Position numbers and translations under genes: made by a program. This document shows positions 40,881 to 53,785 of a stretch of 64,000 nt of DNA, one piece after another (positions within the stretch are counted from its first letter, which is position 1; each line of letters starts with the position of its first letter). The notes under the pieces are model-generated. The model did no database searches, had not been told where the DNA came from, and saw only the letters and a list, made by a program, of their open reading frames with translations. Source of the stretch: Chiloscyllium plagiosum (taxonomy: Eukaryota); contig NC_057719.1 in the NCBI RefSeq assembly GCF_004010195.1, positions 91,065,978-91,129,977 of the forward strand. Reading direction: 5' to 3'.

Positions 40881-41270
40881 CACTGACCCAACCTCCACTC
40901 CCGGCACCTTCCCTTGCAACCGCAGGAGGTGCAACACTTGCGCCCACACCTCCCCCCTCACTTCTCTCCAAGGCCCCAAAGGAAACTTCCATATCCCCCA
41001 CAGATTCACCTGCACCTCCACCCACATCATCTACTGCAGCCGGTGTGGCCTCCTCTATATTCCTACTCCGACCTATCACCTTCACCTTTACCTCTTTCCA
41101 CCTATCACATTTCCAACGCCCCTCCTCCAAGTCCCTCCTCCCTACCTTTTATCTTCTCCTGCTGAACACTCTCTGCTCATTCCTGAAGAAGGGCTTGTGC
41201 CCGAAACGTCGAATCTCCTGTTCCCTGGATGCTGCCTGACCTGCTGTGCTGTTCCAGCAATAAAGTTTCA
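40881..41270 (+). mobile_element. Younger Neptune fragment nested in the older Penelope RT
   Basis: TSD ACACATGCATCTC at 40868-40880 and 41271-41283; GTFPCNRRRCNTC linker plus pLTR. Confidence 0.88.
41179..41214 (+). ncRNA. Minimal type I hammerhead ribozyme motif (PLE-associated, ACGU palindrome)
   Basis: auuc-CUGAAGA-A-GGGC-uugu-GCCC-GAA-ACGU-C-gaau. Intact core, 4-bp stem II, 4-bp stem I. Confidence 0.75.
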
Positions 41271-42306
41271 ACACATGCATCTCTATCAAGGATGGGCACC
41301 TCATTACCACAAACCCAGGGATAACGACACGATGCTACACTTCTCCAGTTTCCACCCGAAACTATTAAAACAGCAATCCCCCATGGACAAGCCCTATGCA
41401 TACACAGGATCTGTTCAGATGAGGAGGAATGTGATAGGCACCTGGAAGTATTCAAGGATGCCCTCACAGGAACTGGGTACGATGCTCAACTCATCAACTG
41501 CCAGTTCTGACATGCCACAGTGAGAAACCGTAATGACCTCCTCAGGAGACAGACACAAGCTGCAATCGACTTCGTTGGCCAGTACTTCCCAGGAGCTGAA
41601 AAACTACACAACACATTATCAATGAGGATGAGCACCTTGCCAAGACCTTCCCCCCACGGCTCCACTTCTCGCCTTTAAACAACCACGAAACCTCAAACAG
41701 ATCATTATTTGTAGCAAACTGCCCGGCTCTCAGGACAACACCATACAGCCTTGTCACGGCAGACACTGCAGGACGTGTCAGAGAGTCAACACCGATACCA
41801 CCATTATGCCTGGGGACAACTCTCACCATATACGTGGCAGGTACTTGTGCGACTCAGCCAACGTTGTCTATCTCATACACTGCAGGCAAGGATGCCCTGA
41901 GGCATGGTACATTGACGAGACCAAGCAGTGGCTATGGCAACGGATGAACGGACACCGCACAACAATCAACAGACAGGAGTGTTACCTCCCAGTCAGAGAA
42001 CATTTCAGCGGTCAGGGACATACGATCTTGGACCTTCAGGATAGGCAACAATACAAAGTGGCCGAGCAGAGGCTGATAGCCAAGTTCTGTACCCATAGGG
42101 ATGGCCTCAACTTGAGCTCATGTCACACTACAGGTGACCCCACTTCACTACACACATACACAGACACTCCCACAGACACTCATGCAAACCATCTCTCATA
42201 CGCTCACACATACACTCCCACACTCACCTTCTCACAGATGTAATCCCCTTTACACTCACACACACCCATAACTCCCCTCCCACACACATACACACACATA
42301 TATATA

Positions 42307-42340
<34 letters not shown>

Positions 42341-42699
42341 GGGGGTGAATTTGTATTTGCAGAGTTACATTTTATTTTGCTCAGAAACTGCATGATTCCA
42401 TGTGAGATTCTGTAAATGTTTTTTAGATTAGAATCAGTCTGAACATTGTGGCACAGACCGTTTCACACAGGGCACTTCAGGCCTTGAATGCATCATCTGT
42501 GCCAACATGACACCAATTGTTAAAAGTTCACTTGAAAATGTTGGACTATAACCTGGTGTTGTGTGATTTTTAAACTTTGTACACCCCAGTCCACCACTGG
42601 CATCTCCAAATCATGAGGTAGATTGGACACTTTTGAGAATCACGAATGACCACCTTAGGCCATATATGTAGACTGCACATCACAAAGACTGATGGACTG

Positions 42700-43340
42700 A
42701 AGGATCCAAATGTTCTAGTGCATGGGTCACAAAATATTGGTTTGCAAGTACAGTAAGTATAAAGGCTAATGGGACAAGAGAAATTGAAAATAAGAGTATA
42801 TTATTCTTCAGGGCATTGGTGAGACCACATCTCAAACTGTGCATACAGTTATGGTCTCCTTATTTAAGGATGTAAATATGTTGGAAGCAATTCAGCGCAG
42901 GTTTACTAGATTGGAATAAGTGGGTTGTCTTACAGGACAGAAAGGACAGGTTGGGTTCATTTCCATCTGAGTTTGGAAGAGTGAAGGGTGACTTAATTTA
43001 AGTACGTAAGATCCTGGATTGTCTTGACGAGCTAGATATGGAAATGATACATCCTTTTTGAAGGGAGTCCAGAACTAAAGGGCATTTAAAAATATGGAAT
43101 TCTATAACACAGGTGAATAGAGATATTTCTCTCACAGAATTGAGCAACTTTGGAACTCCGTTATAGAAGGTGATGTAGGTGGAATGATTGAACATTTTCA
43201 AGGTGGAGGTAGGTAGATTCTTATTCGGTAGAGGTTTCAACAGTTATCAGGGATAGATAGGAATTCAAAACAAACATATCAGCTATGATATTGCCTGATG
43301 GCTCAAACTGCCTACTGCTGCTCCTAATGTATATGTTTGT
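42700..43340 (+). mobile_element. Old CR1 3' fragment
   Basis: ttggtgagaccacatct...ggtctccttatttaagga and a CR1 3' UTR-like end. Confidence 0.7.
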
Positions 43341-45514
43341 ATGTCCCAGTGGAACATCTGATCTGAAAGATGCCAATTCTAATAGTCTAGCTCCGAAATG
43401 TCAACCTACAATGCTGTGCTGAAGTCTCACGAACAGGACTTAGTACATAAAATCCTCTGATTCAAAGGCACAAATATTACCAATTGACCTACTAGTGCTG
43501 ATTATTCTTGGCTTGACTTCTCAAGACTGCTTGACCTTATGTCCTCTTGTCCTGAATGTTAAAGTGAATTAGGCTATAAGGGCAAAATAGGGAAGAAGTA
43601 AAGAGCAGACTTCTCCAAGTGAACCCTTGACACTCCAGAGGTTAGAGTCAGCAGGAATCCCCAGCTACAGTCAGTGCTAACAAAACATTCCAGAGTCCTT
43701 GGAGTCAGAGCAATTTAGAGACAGGGAGGTGAAGGACACTGATAATGGACAAAACGTCATCTAACTAAATGACCCTTTACTGGTTGAAGGAGACTAGGTA
43801 AAAACAATGACTGCAGATGCTGGAAACCAAAGTCTAGATTAGAGTGGTGCTGGAAAAGCACAGCAGTTCAGGCAGCATCCGAGGAGCAGTACATTAACCT
43901 ATACCTAGAACAGACATCTATTTCATATGTATTTTTGAAGCAAGATTGCAAATTGGGTAGAGAAATGTGGCCATATGGCCAAGAAAATCACACATAGATA
44001 CTGGATTTTCCAATACTCTTCAGAATTAATCTAGTAGAACTGGAATAAAATCAGCCTGCACAGTTTGAATAAACAACCATAAAACCTGCACTCAGCACTC
44101 CTGTGGTCAATTATTAGATGTAATCACAGCACCAACCATCATAGTTTAACTTGATACAATGATCCAGGCTTACCATTTTTATATAATTGACCAAGTCTTT
44201 CCGAAAGTCCCTCAAGCACTTTGATTTAAAAAAAATGTCATTTACAAATGGCATTTTGTTCATCCAAGTTACCATTTGATTGAGAAATCTAAATTTTCCT
44301 TCCCATGAAATCTTAATGACCCTCAATTCAGTTTGAAAGGTCTACAAATAGTAGGATTTAGTCAGGAAAATGAGGAATGTTAAGGTCTTGAAAGAGAATG
44401 AATTAAGAGAAGAATGTATAAAGAGTGAAGGTTCAATTCATAAAAATAGCAGGAGTAGTGTAATCAAATAGGAAAGCTAAGCAATAAGAGCAGGATGTCG
44501 AATAGAAAAATGAAGCAGCATCAATAATATGGAGAAATAAAAATATAATAATTGAAATGAGGCAAGGTAGCTGACCTGGAACATTAACAAAAGCGAAACA
44601 TGAACCACATTTTTATTTCTTTCAGATAATTTTACAATTGGGTGAAAAATGAGTTAAAAACCACCAAAACGTCATAGTCATCCATGATTCTCATCATCTT
44701 GTAAGTATCCGCACGCACTAGAAAGAAATAAGTGGCATCCCCAAAGCCTCAGGATTTCAAATTTCCAATGTTCGTAGACTTTGTTATCTCAGAGTCCAAT
44801 GCATTCATATATCCCATCAGCACTTCATAAAATATTAATCAAAAGCTACTGTGCTTACATCAACACTGAAATTAATGCTTCAAATCACTGCACCACATAA
44901 CAGTAAAACCTATTTTCACAGAACAACAGACATCCTAACTTGACATAGAGGCAGCATTTTGCAAAAATTGTAAGATGAATGACCAAATTCAAAAATGCAC
45001 ACAAATACTATGGCTATCACAGCAGGTTAGAGACTAATGATTCGGAGACAAGTAACAAACTATCTCACCTGTCCACCGTCTGTAGAGCACAAGTCAACAA
45101 AGTTCCCTTTAAGCTGCACAAGTCAAGATCCTGGAACACTCTCCTTAACTGAGTCAAGCACTGCAGCAATTCAAGAAAATGGCTCACCACATTCTCAATG
45201 GTAATTACAGCCGGGCAATAAATACTTACCCAGCCAGCAACATCCCATAAAAGAATCAGGAACAAACAAATAAGTCTCAAAGTAAACCCACATTTGACAT
45301 ACAGGGTTATGAGAAGGCAAGAAAACGGGCACAAGACGAACAGTTCATTTTAAAAAAACAAATATATCAGATCAAATAGTCTCCTTCTGCATAATAACTG
45401 TTCTGTGGCTAATCAAAAACCCTCAGTAATTTTGAAGATGGCCAGCAGCATTTGCTTTTCATCTTCACCAAGGTGTAACGTTTAACATTCTGACTGACAC
45501 CCTTCCAATGTTCT

Positions 45515-45731
45515 AGGCAAAAGGTGAAGACTGCAGATGCTGGAAATCAGAGTCTAGATTAGAGTGGTGCTGGAAAAGCACAGCAGGTCAGGCAGCATCC
45601 GAGGAGCAGGAAATTCGATGTTTCGGGCAAAAGCCCTTCATCAGGAATGAAGGCAGGGAGCCTTCAGGGTGCCTTCATTCCTGATGATCATGATGATGAA
45701 GGGCTTTTGCCTGAAACGTCGATTTTCCTAT
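45515..45731. mobile_element. Fold-back Penelope mini-element
   Basis: TSD CCTTCCAATGTTCT at 45501-45514 and 45732-45745. Hammerhead-like motifs lie on the minus (~45612-45648) and plus (~45692-45723) strands. Confidence 0.85.
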
Positions 45732-47024
45732 CCTTCCAATGTTCTTGATACTTCCCTACTGCATTATTTCAGAAGCCTGAGTTGCAACAGAAGTACTGAA
45801 ATGTAAGCCTCCCCTTTAAAGATATTTGCCATGATTCTGTAACAAAACTTCATCTTCCATTGCAATCCAATGTTCCAACGGTATTTAAGTAAAATGTCAA
45901 AAATGAAATGTCAAAAGTTCCTAATTTCCTTTGGACAACTTGTCAGCTTCATTTTTGCCACTACTAAGGTTCCTGGCCCAATATTTAATACTGCTGTAAC
46001 CAGGTGAGGGGGGGGGGGGGGGCAGAGTGGCTTCCGTTTTTGTTCCTACTCCTTGTTTGACTTCTCTTTTGCAGAAAAGGCAATATTTGCCAACACAGCA
46101 AATATTTAACTGTTTATAAAGGATGCAAACAGACAGGTCCATTTTTCTTAAAAGAGAATAGCATTTATTTCACATAACCAAGATTTTAAAAAAATTGCAC
46201 TAACTTGCACATCCACATTCATGCAGTTTACCAAGTGGGAGAATAGAGTAAGCAAGAGAATATGAATTTTGAAGACTGGCAGTTTTGCTGTCTTCAGGCT
46301 GAGTGTAGTGATCCTCCTGAGTTCAGCATCAGGCAGTTTAAAAATGTAGGCAGTCGATTTGCCAGTTCTTCTAAAGTTAGTAGCCACTAGATTGACTACT
46401 TTTTCAAGATCAATTCTGCATGTCGTCCATGGAGATTCAATAAACAGTAGATAGCGTTGCGAGAGAGTGAGAGTGAGAGAGAGAGCGAGAGATCCAAGAT
46501 AGGAATGTTGCTTCTGCAACATCTCAGTTACTTGTCCAGGTCGGCAGAGCAAATAATTGCTTAAACACACTTAAGGCTGGCTGGCTTGTCACACAACCAT
46601 CTCTCTAACTGCCAACTATTGTTGTGTTAGGTGGGTTTGTATGATCAGATGATACCGGGGCAAACTTCTTTCATACGCAGAGTCCCATTGTCCAAGTGAC
46701 TTTGTCTAATGGTTTGATTCCACTAGTTGAGTACCCAGGATGATTGTCTGGACGCTTTGCTACTAGGGGAGGAGATGGGCCCGATTTATTATCCTCCAAG
46801 GCAATTATTCCTGGTGAGGTTTTCCACACAGAAATATTGCAAATTTTTGATCACCTTTGATTGTTATTTCAAGTCCTTGGAATGTGCTTTATGCCTTTTT
46901 GAAAGAAAAAAAAAATTACAAATAGCGGCTTCTAGTCTGCAAATTCATCAATTCATTTTTTTATTACAACCTTCCCCAAGGGACCATTATTCAGTGAATG
47001 TAAAATATCAGAATGAAGTAACTT

Positions 47025-47570
47025 GAAAGGGTTCAGAAAAGATTTACAAGGATGTTGCCAGGGCTGGAGGGTTTACATTAGATTAGATTACTTACAGTGT
47101 GGAAACAGGCTCTTCAGCCCAACAAGTCCACACCAACCCGCTGAAGCGCAACGAGAGACTGAATAGGCTGGGGCTGTTTTCCCTGGAGCATTGGAGGCTG
47201 AGGGGTGACCTTATAGAGGTTTATAAAATTATGAGGAGGCATGGATAGAATAAATAGACACCCTGGGGAGGGGGTGTCCAGAACTAGAGGGTATAGGTTT
47301 AGGGTGAGGGAAAAGGGACCTGAGGGGCAACTTTTTCACACAGAGGTTGACACGTGTATGGAATGAACTGTCAGAGGAAGGTGGTGGAGGCTGGTACAAT
47401 TACAATGTTTAAAAGGCATCTGGATGGGTATATGACTAGGAAGTGTTTGGAGGGATAGGGGCCAAGTGCTGGCAAATGGGATTTGATTAGGTTATGGATA
47501 TCTGGGTCAGCACAGACGAATTGGGCCGAAGGGTCTGTTTCTGTGCTGTACATCTTTATGACTCTATGTC
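47025..47570 (+). mobile_element. CR1 3' end (with short SINE-tail insertion)
   Basis: ggctgaggggtgaccttatagaggtttataaaat...gaagggtctgtttctgtgctgta...tatgactctatg tail. Confidence 0.85.
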
Positions 47571-47919
47571 AACATAGCCACTTCTAAACCTGCACCCATT
47601 AAGTGTGTTCATCGACATATTGTTGAAAACAAGAAAGAGTCAATACGCTGGTTTATATTTGCAGAAAAGAGTATGGAGGAGCTAAGCACACTGTAAAAAC
47701 AAAACTGCATGAGTCGGAAAGGTTGCTGTTTCCAGCCCACACCTGTGATTTAAGCGCATAATTCATGCTGAAGATTCACTACATTACAGAATGTGTGCTG
47801 CACCATCATCTTTTGGACGAGACTTTAAATAGAAGTCTCTGTTTGAAGAGCAGTACGGTAATTCCTTAATATTTAACCCTCAATCAGCTGCAATGAAGCA
47901 GATAGCTTGTTCAGTTAGA

Positions 47920-48550
47920 AACAAGAGTAGGCTATTCAGACCATCAAACCTGTTCTACCACTCCGCATATGCTCATGGCTGATCAAACACCTCAATTCCT
48001 TTTGCACATCCCAACCCCATAACGCTGTACACTATTAGCAATCAGAAATCAATCAATCTCTGTCTTAAATATACGCAAACACAGCTTCCAGTCCTCTGTG
48101 GCAGAGAAGTTTGGAAGTACACAATCCCGAGTAAAAGAATTTCTCTTCAACCTAGTCCTCAGTGACATCCCATTATTTTTAAATTGTGCCCTCTGGTTCT
48201 AGACTCCCTAATCAGAAGAAACATCTATGCTGTCCGTCCCTTTATCTTGTAAACTTCAACATCATCACTTGTTCTTTGAAACAATCCAACTCACTCTTCA
48301 TAGGAACAACTGGGGCCCAAGTACTAATCCTTATGGTATGACATTTGTTACAGCCTGCCAACACAAGTCTCTGTTTTCTTCTGTTAGCTAATCATGAATC
48401 TGTTGCCCCATTTCTCATGGGCTATAATTTTTCTAACCAGCCTCCTGTGGGTGACTTTAACAAAAGCCTTCTGAAAATCAAAGCATAATATGCTCTTCGG
48501 CTGTTATCAATTTTGTTCATAAAATCTTCAAAAAACTCCAACAAGTCTCA
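47920..48550 (-). mobile_element. Old, internally deleted CR1 fragment
   Basis: Reverse-complement CR1 3' UTR and RT remnants (aaagccttctgaaaatc, cttcaaaaaactcca). Confidence 0.65.
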
Positions 48551-49300
48551 CTTCTGTTCAAGCCTATTAACCTGGTCCACAGATACATCCCCTGGGGCAG
48601 ACCAGATATATCCAAGGTTACTACTGTGAAGTGTTAAGGGATGACCTACAGTTGTAAAAGGTGCTGTTAAAAACTCAATTTTTAAGTACATAGTTTAGAG
48701 GCATTGTGCACAGAACAAAGCTTTGAATCTCATCAGAAACACATAATGCAAACAAATTAAAGATTCTTGCCCTGTCTGGGCAATGGCAGGAATGCAATAC
48801 TGCTAAATTTGAAAAAGACAAGCTACTCAAAATAGAATTCTGAACATAGACAGCAAATAATATATATGGATTTGCGAATAGCCAATCAAATGTATATTCT
48901 AATTTATTGTTCATATGCAAGTAAAGTCAAGACCCATTCATGTTGAAAAGTCACAGGAGAACTCCTCAATAATTAAATCTCTGCACCAAATTACTGTTTA
49001 TACACATTGTTAATTTAAATGTTAGGAAAAATCACTGCCAATAAATACAAGTAATTAATAATTATTGTTTATTGTCAACACTTATGAAAATATTTTGGAA
49101 ATTCAATATCTTTTAAGTTAAACAAAAATGCATTTTCAATATAGTAACATGGAATATTAATTTATTAATTTCGCAGCATATTTTTATTAACTATAGTTAC
49201 AGCTGAACTTAAGTACTTTTGAATGTATTTTGTAGCAAGAATTATGCATAAACCTGGAAGTCAGATAATTTATGTTTTCTTCAATAGAGATAAAGCTTAC

Positions 49301-49420
49301 AAATGTTTCAGGAGCTGTGGCACCTCGTCTTCCTTGGGATGCATCAGCCCCAGCATCACTGAATGATATCTCAATATTCCATTCATGTTGGCCTTCTACA
49401 GGGTTCTGTATTATGACATC
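49301..49420 (-). CDS. Candidate 120-nt in-frame cassette exon of TTBK2 (DVIIQNPVEGQHEWNIEISFSDAGADASQGRRGATAPETF)
   Basis: ttgccttgctgcttcag|GAT...TTT|gtaagc; 40 sense codons; phase 0/0, matching the phase-0 acceptor at 30721. It is more GC-rich than its AT-rich unique flanks. Confidence 0.45.
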
Positions 49421-50835
49421 CTGAAGCAGCAAGGCAATGAACTGGAGGTGTAATACTTTATTATGTCCAAAGTATTCAATGTTAAATGCTCCTTATATTA
49501 CACAAAGTTAAAAATCACCCAACACCAGGTTATAGCCCAACAGGTTATTTGCAAGCAGTTTATCAACCACCTAATGAAGGAGCAGCACTCTGAAAGATAG
49601 TGCTTCCAAATAAACCTGTTGGACTATAACCTGGCGTTGGGTGATATTTAACTTTGTACACCCCAGTCCAACACCGGTACCTCCAAATCATATATGACAC
49701 AATGTTTTGTATTTGCATACTGATGCTGGAGTTGAAACCAATTTCAATGCTCACAATTGGATCCAGCACCTGACATACAAAGGTTAGCTGTGTCTCTGCT
49801 CTGGGGCCAGAATGTGGATGAAGGACAGTACTTCTACATGCTGGTAAACCTCTCTCTCTTACCTGTCCTCGTATTTTGTATGATATCAATTCTCAATAGA
49901 GATTGTTTCTCATTCCCCACTATGCTCAAAGATATGTTCTCAACATGGATTTACTTTCTATGCCTTCTTTGGTGTTACCAGATTCCTTGTTGGCTACAGA
50001 CTTTCTCCTTCACTAATAAATTATTATTGCACCTAAATGCAATGGAAATGTAGGACAAATGTGTCAACAAATTGTCTGTGGAGGTACAAGGTTAGTTCAC
50101 TGAATAATAAATATAATTGAAGAACCATATGACAATGCAACGTTACAATTAAAGATTTTCATGAACAAATTATGAATCAAAACACTTGATATGCTTTACA
50201 GCTGCATTATAACGCATGTTGCGTATCATGTAATAATGTTGAGATTGTTCTTTAAAGAGGTCAGACAACATAATGGAAAACTTACCAGAAGTTGAACAGT
50301 CAGATAACAGTTTGGGTTGTTTTCCAAAGTCACCCTCAGTTTATCTTATTATTATTTTCTTGCACACTGAATGCTATTATTTTATCCAAACATTGCTTGC
50401 AGTCTCCAGGCTTTTCTCCAACATGGGCAATTTTAATTACTTTCAATGGAGGTTACAATAAACCAACTGCACTGAGTCGTGTCACTCACAAACACTTTTA
50501 TTTTATGTCTGTAAGTAAGTCTGTGTGATAGATAGGTCGAGTGCTTGCAAATATATGTGCAAGCCAGAGTGGAAAACAGCATCAACTGCATGATAATTTC
50601 CTGAAAAGTGATTCACTTTAGGTAATTGCAGTAGTGTGAGTAGGAAAAGAGGAACATGCGAATTATGCCTTTAAACCTGGCCTGGCATTTAATAAGATTA
50701 TGGCTAATCTTGTTGTGGTCTCAAGTCAACATCCTGTGTCCCAATCTTCTTGGTATTCACCCTATGAAGTGCTCTCAAGCACTTACATGCACCAATAATA
50801 TATCTTCTTACTCTTCTAAACACCAATGAGTAATG

Positions 50836-52369
50836 AGTCGAGTGAGTGGTGCTGGAAAAGGACAGCAGGTCAGGCAGCATCTGAGGAGCACGAGAATCGA
50901 CATTTCGAGCAAGAGCCCTTCATCGGGAATGAAGCATGTGGGCCAGGGGGCTGAGAGATAAATGGGAGGGGGATAGGGCTGGGGGGAGGGTAGCTGATCG
51001 TGCAATGGATAGATGGAGGTGGACGGCAAGAGAGGGGAGATGATAGGGTGGAGCAGATGGGTGGGAAGGAAGATGGACAGGTAGGGCATGTCAGTAGGGC
51101 AGTGCCGAGTTGGGAGAAGAAGGGGGAAGGGGAAATGAGGAAACCAGTGAAATCTACATTGATGCCATGTGATTGGAGGGTCCCAAGACAAGAGATGAGG
51201 CGTTCTTCCTCCAGGCGTCAGGTGGTTTGGGTCTGCACGTCCTTGGTGGAGTGGGAGGGGGAATTGACATGTTCGGCCACAGGGCGGTGGGGTTGGTGGA
51301 TGCAGGTGTCGTGGAGATGTCCTCTGAAGCGTTCTGCACGTAGGTGTCCTGTCTCTCAATGCAGAAGAGACCACATTGGGAGCAACAGATACAGTAAATG
51401 ACATGTGTGGAAGTGCAGGTGAAACTCTGATGGATGCGGAAGGTTCCTTTGGTACCTTGGGCGGAGGTGAGGGGGGAGGTGTGGGCACAGCTTTTGCAAT
51501 TCCTGTGGTGCAGGTGAAGGTGCCTGGAGGGGAGGGGGCGTGGGGGGTGGGATCTGGGATAAGGTGATCAGAGGTGAAATGAGAAAACTGGTGAAATCCA
51601 CATTGTTGCCGTGTGGTTAGAGGGTCCCAAGGCAGAAGATGAGGCATTCATCATCCAGCCATCAGGTGGTTCGGCTGTGGCAATGAAGGAGGCGCAGGAT
51701 CTGCATGTCCTCGGCAGAGTGGGGGAGTTGAAGTGTTTGGTCACCGGGCAGTGGTGTTAGTTGGTGAGGGTGTCCCGGAGATGTTCTCTGAAGCTTTCTG
51801 TAGGCGTCCTGTCTCCGCAATGTAGAGGAGACCACACCAGGAGCAATGGATACAAGTAAATGACATGTATGATAGCACAGGTGAAACTCTGATGGATGTT
51901 GAAGGCTCCTTTGGGGCCTTTGGATGGAGGCAATGGGGTAGGTGTGGGCACAGGTTTTGCAACAACACCTGCAGGAAGAACATATCATTTTCCGCCTTGG
52001 GACCCTTCAACTACACGGCATTGATGTGAATTTGACCAGTTTCCTCATTTCCCCTCCCCCCACCTTATCCCAGATCCAACCTTCCAACTCAGCAGCCCCC
52101 TCATGACCTGTCCTACCTGTCCATCTTCCTTCCCATCTATCCGCTCCACTCTATCACCATTTCCCCACCTCCATCGACCTATTGCACTCTCAGCTACCTT
52201 CCCCCGCAACCCCACCCCCTCCCATTTATCTCTCAGCCTCTAGCCCACATTCCTGAAGAGCTTTTGACTGAAATGTCGATACTCCTGCTTCTCGGATATT
52301 GTCTGACCTGCTATGCTTTTCCAGCACCATGCTCTCAATTCTGATCTCCAGCATCTGCAGTCTGCACTT
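50836..52369. mobile_element. Neptune-type Penelope insertion with tandem GIY-YIG fragments and inverted pLTRs
   Basis: Two minus-strand linker/GIY-YIG fragments followed by a plus-strand 3' end; TSD TGAGTAATG at 50827-50835 and 52370-52378. Confidence 0.8.
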
Positions 52370-52379
52370 TGAGTAATGG

Positions 52380-53400
52380 TCCAACTTGTTTGATCTTTCT
52401 TTATAAGTCCATCATCTAACGAACGAGAGTAGAGTGAACGTTCTCTGAAATGCTTCCCATGAAAGTACGTTCTTTTACAAGCAAGGAGTTCCAAAACTGT
52501 ACACTGAGTATTCCAGATGCAGTCTCACCATGGGCTTTTACAGCTGCCCCTCCCTTATATTTCTTATTCTTATGCAATAAATGCCAACATTCCACCTGCT
52601 GTGCCTGTAAACTACCTTTTCGTGATTCAGTTGAAAGGACAACCTGGATTCCTCTGTACTAGAGTTCTGCAAACTTTCCATTTAGATAGTATAATGCTCT
52701 TATATTATTCCTTTGTCGGAGAACATCTGACAAATTTCTGCCTCCACACAACCTATCGATATCCCTTTGTGCATTGCTTATCTATGCTTGACAACTTACT
52801 TTCCTAACTATCTTCGCACCAAGTTTAGCCACCATACATGAGGTTGCCCTCATTAAAGCTGCAGACCTAGTTTCTAAATAGTAGAACCTTAGAATTCCAC
52901 TAGTTATACACTGCAAACCAGAGATGAACCTATTGGTCTTTGCCTTCTGTTAATTAAACAATCTTTTAGCCATGCAAATATGTCATCCCACATAGCACAA
53001 GTTCTTATTTTGTACAGTAAACTTTGATGTACCATCTAAACAAATACCTTTTGACAATTGAAGTACACTATATCTACAGATTCCTCTTTATTCACCTTTC
53101 TTGTATATTCACAAGTAACTCTCAAATTAGTTTAATGGATTTATTTTTCACTAAACCATGCTGATTCTGCCCAACACCATCATAAATTTCTAAGATAAAG
53201 TTGTAATCTCATAGCTAAATAGATTCTAGCAATTCTCCAATGATAGAAATTAGACTAACTGGCCTCTATTCCCTGCTGTCATTCTCTTTTCTCGAAGAAT
53301 ACAACATGTGGTACTTTGCAACTTGCTGGGATCTGTCCAGACTTGAAAACGTTTTGGAAAAAATCATAACTAACATCTTTACTATCTCTGCAGTACAGGG
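52380..53400 (-). mobile_element. Old CR1 RT fragment
   Basis: Degenerate reverse-complement CR1 ORF2 motifs (aaaccatgctga, agactaactggcct). Confidence 0.6.
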
Positions 53401-53564
53401 CATGGGACTCGTCATCTTTCGGTCATTTCCAAGCTCCTTTTCTCTGGAGATGGCAATCGTTTAAGATCAACCCTCCATTTCGTATTTGGATACTCAAGAA
53501 CCTTTGGGAAAGTTTTGAAGTTTTCTATAGGGAAGACAGATAAAAAATACCTGTTCGAAGCTCC

Positions 53565-53785
53565 CTACGTCTGCGTGGATTTCCTCCGGGTGCTCCAGTT
53601 TCCTCCCACAGTCCGAAGATGTACAGGTTAGGTGGAATAGCCATGCTAAGTTACCCACAAAGTCCAGGAATGTGTCAGCTCGGTGCATTAGTCAGGGGAA
53701 ATGTAGAGTGATAGGGTACGGGAATGGGTCTGGGTGGAATACTCGGAGGGTCAGTGTGGACTTGTTGGGCCAAATGGCCTGTTTC
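53565..53785 (+). mobile_element. HE1-type V-SINE fragment
   Basis: gtctgcgtggatttcctccgggtgctccagtttcctcccacagtcc...gtggacttgttgggcc. Confidence 0.85.

Larger units (their letters stand above)
39060..42615 (+). mobile_element. Large decayed Penelope-like element with 5' inverted pLTR, RT, Cys linker and GIY-YIG
   Basis: The inverted copy of the 3' region spans ~39060-39875. RT LVTMDISALYSNIP...FILDHNIFTFDNQFF; GIY-YIG NVVYLIHCRQGCPEAWYIDETKQ; (CA)n/(TA)n tract and pLTR end at ~42615. Confidence 0.88.

Noticed and set aside
50808..51647. 279-aa Pro/His/Thr-rich ORF (also 8050-8802)
   Set aside because: Off-frame readings of C-rich Penelope fragments and pLTRs.
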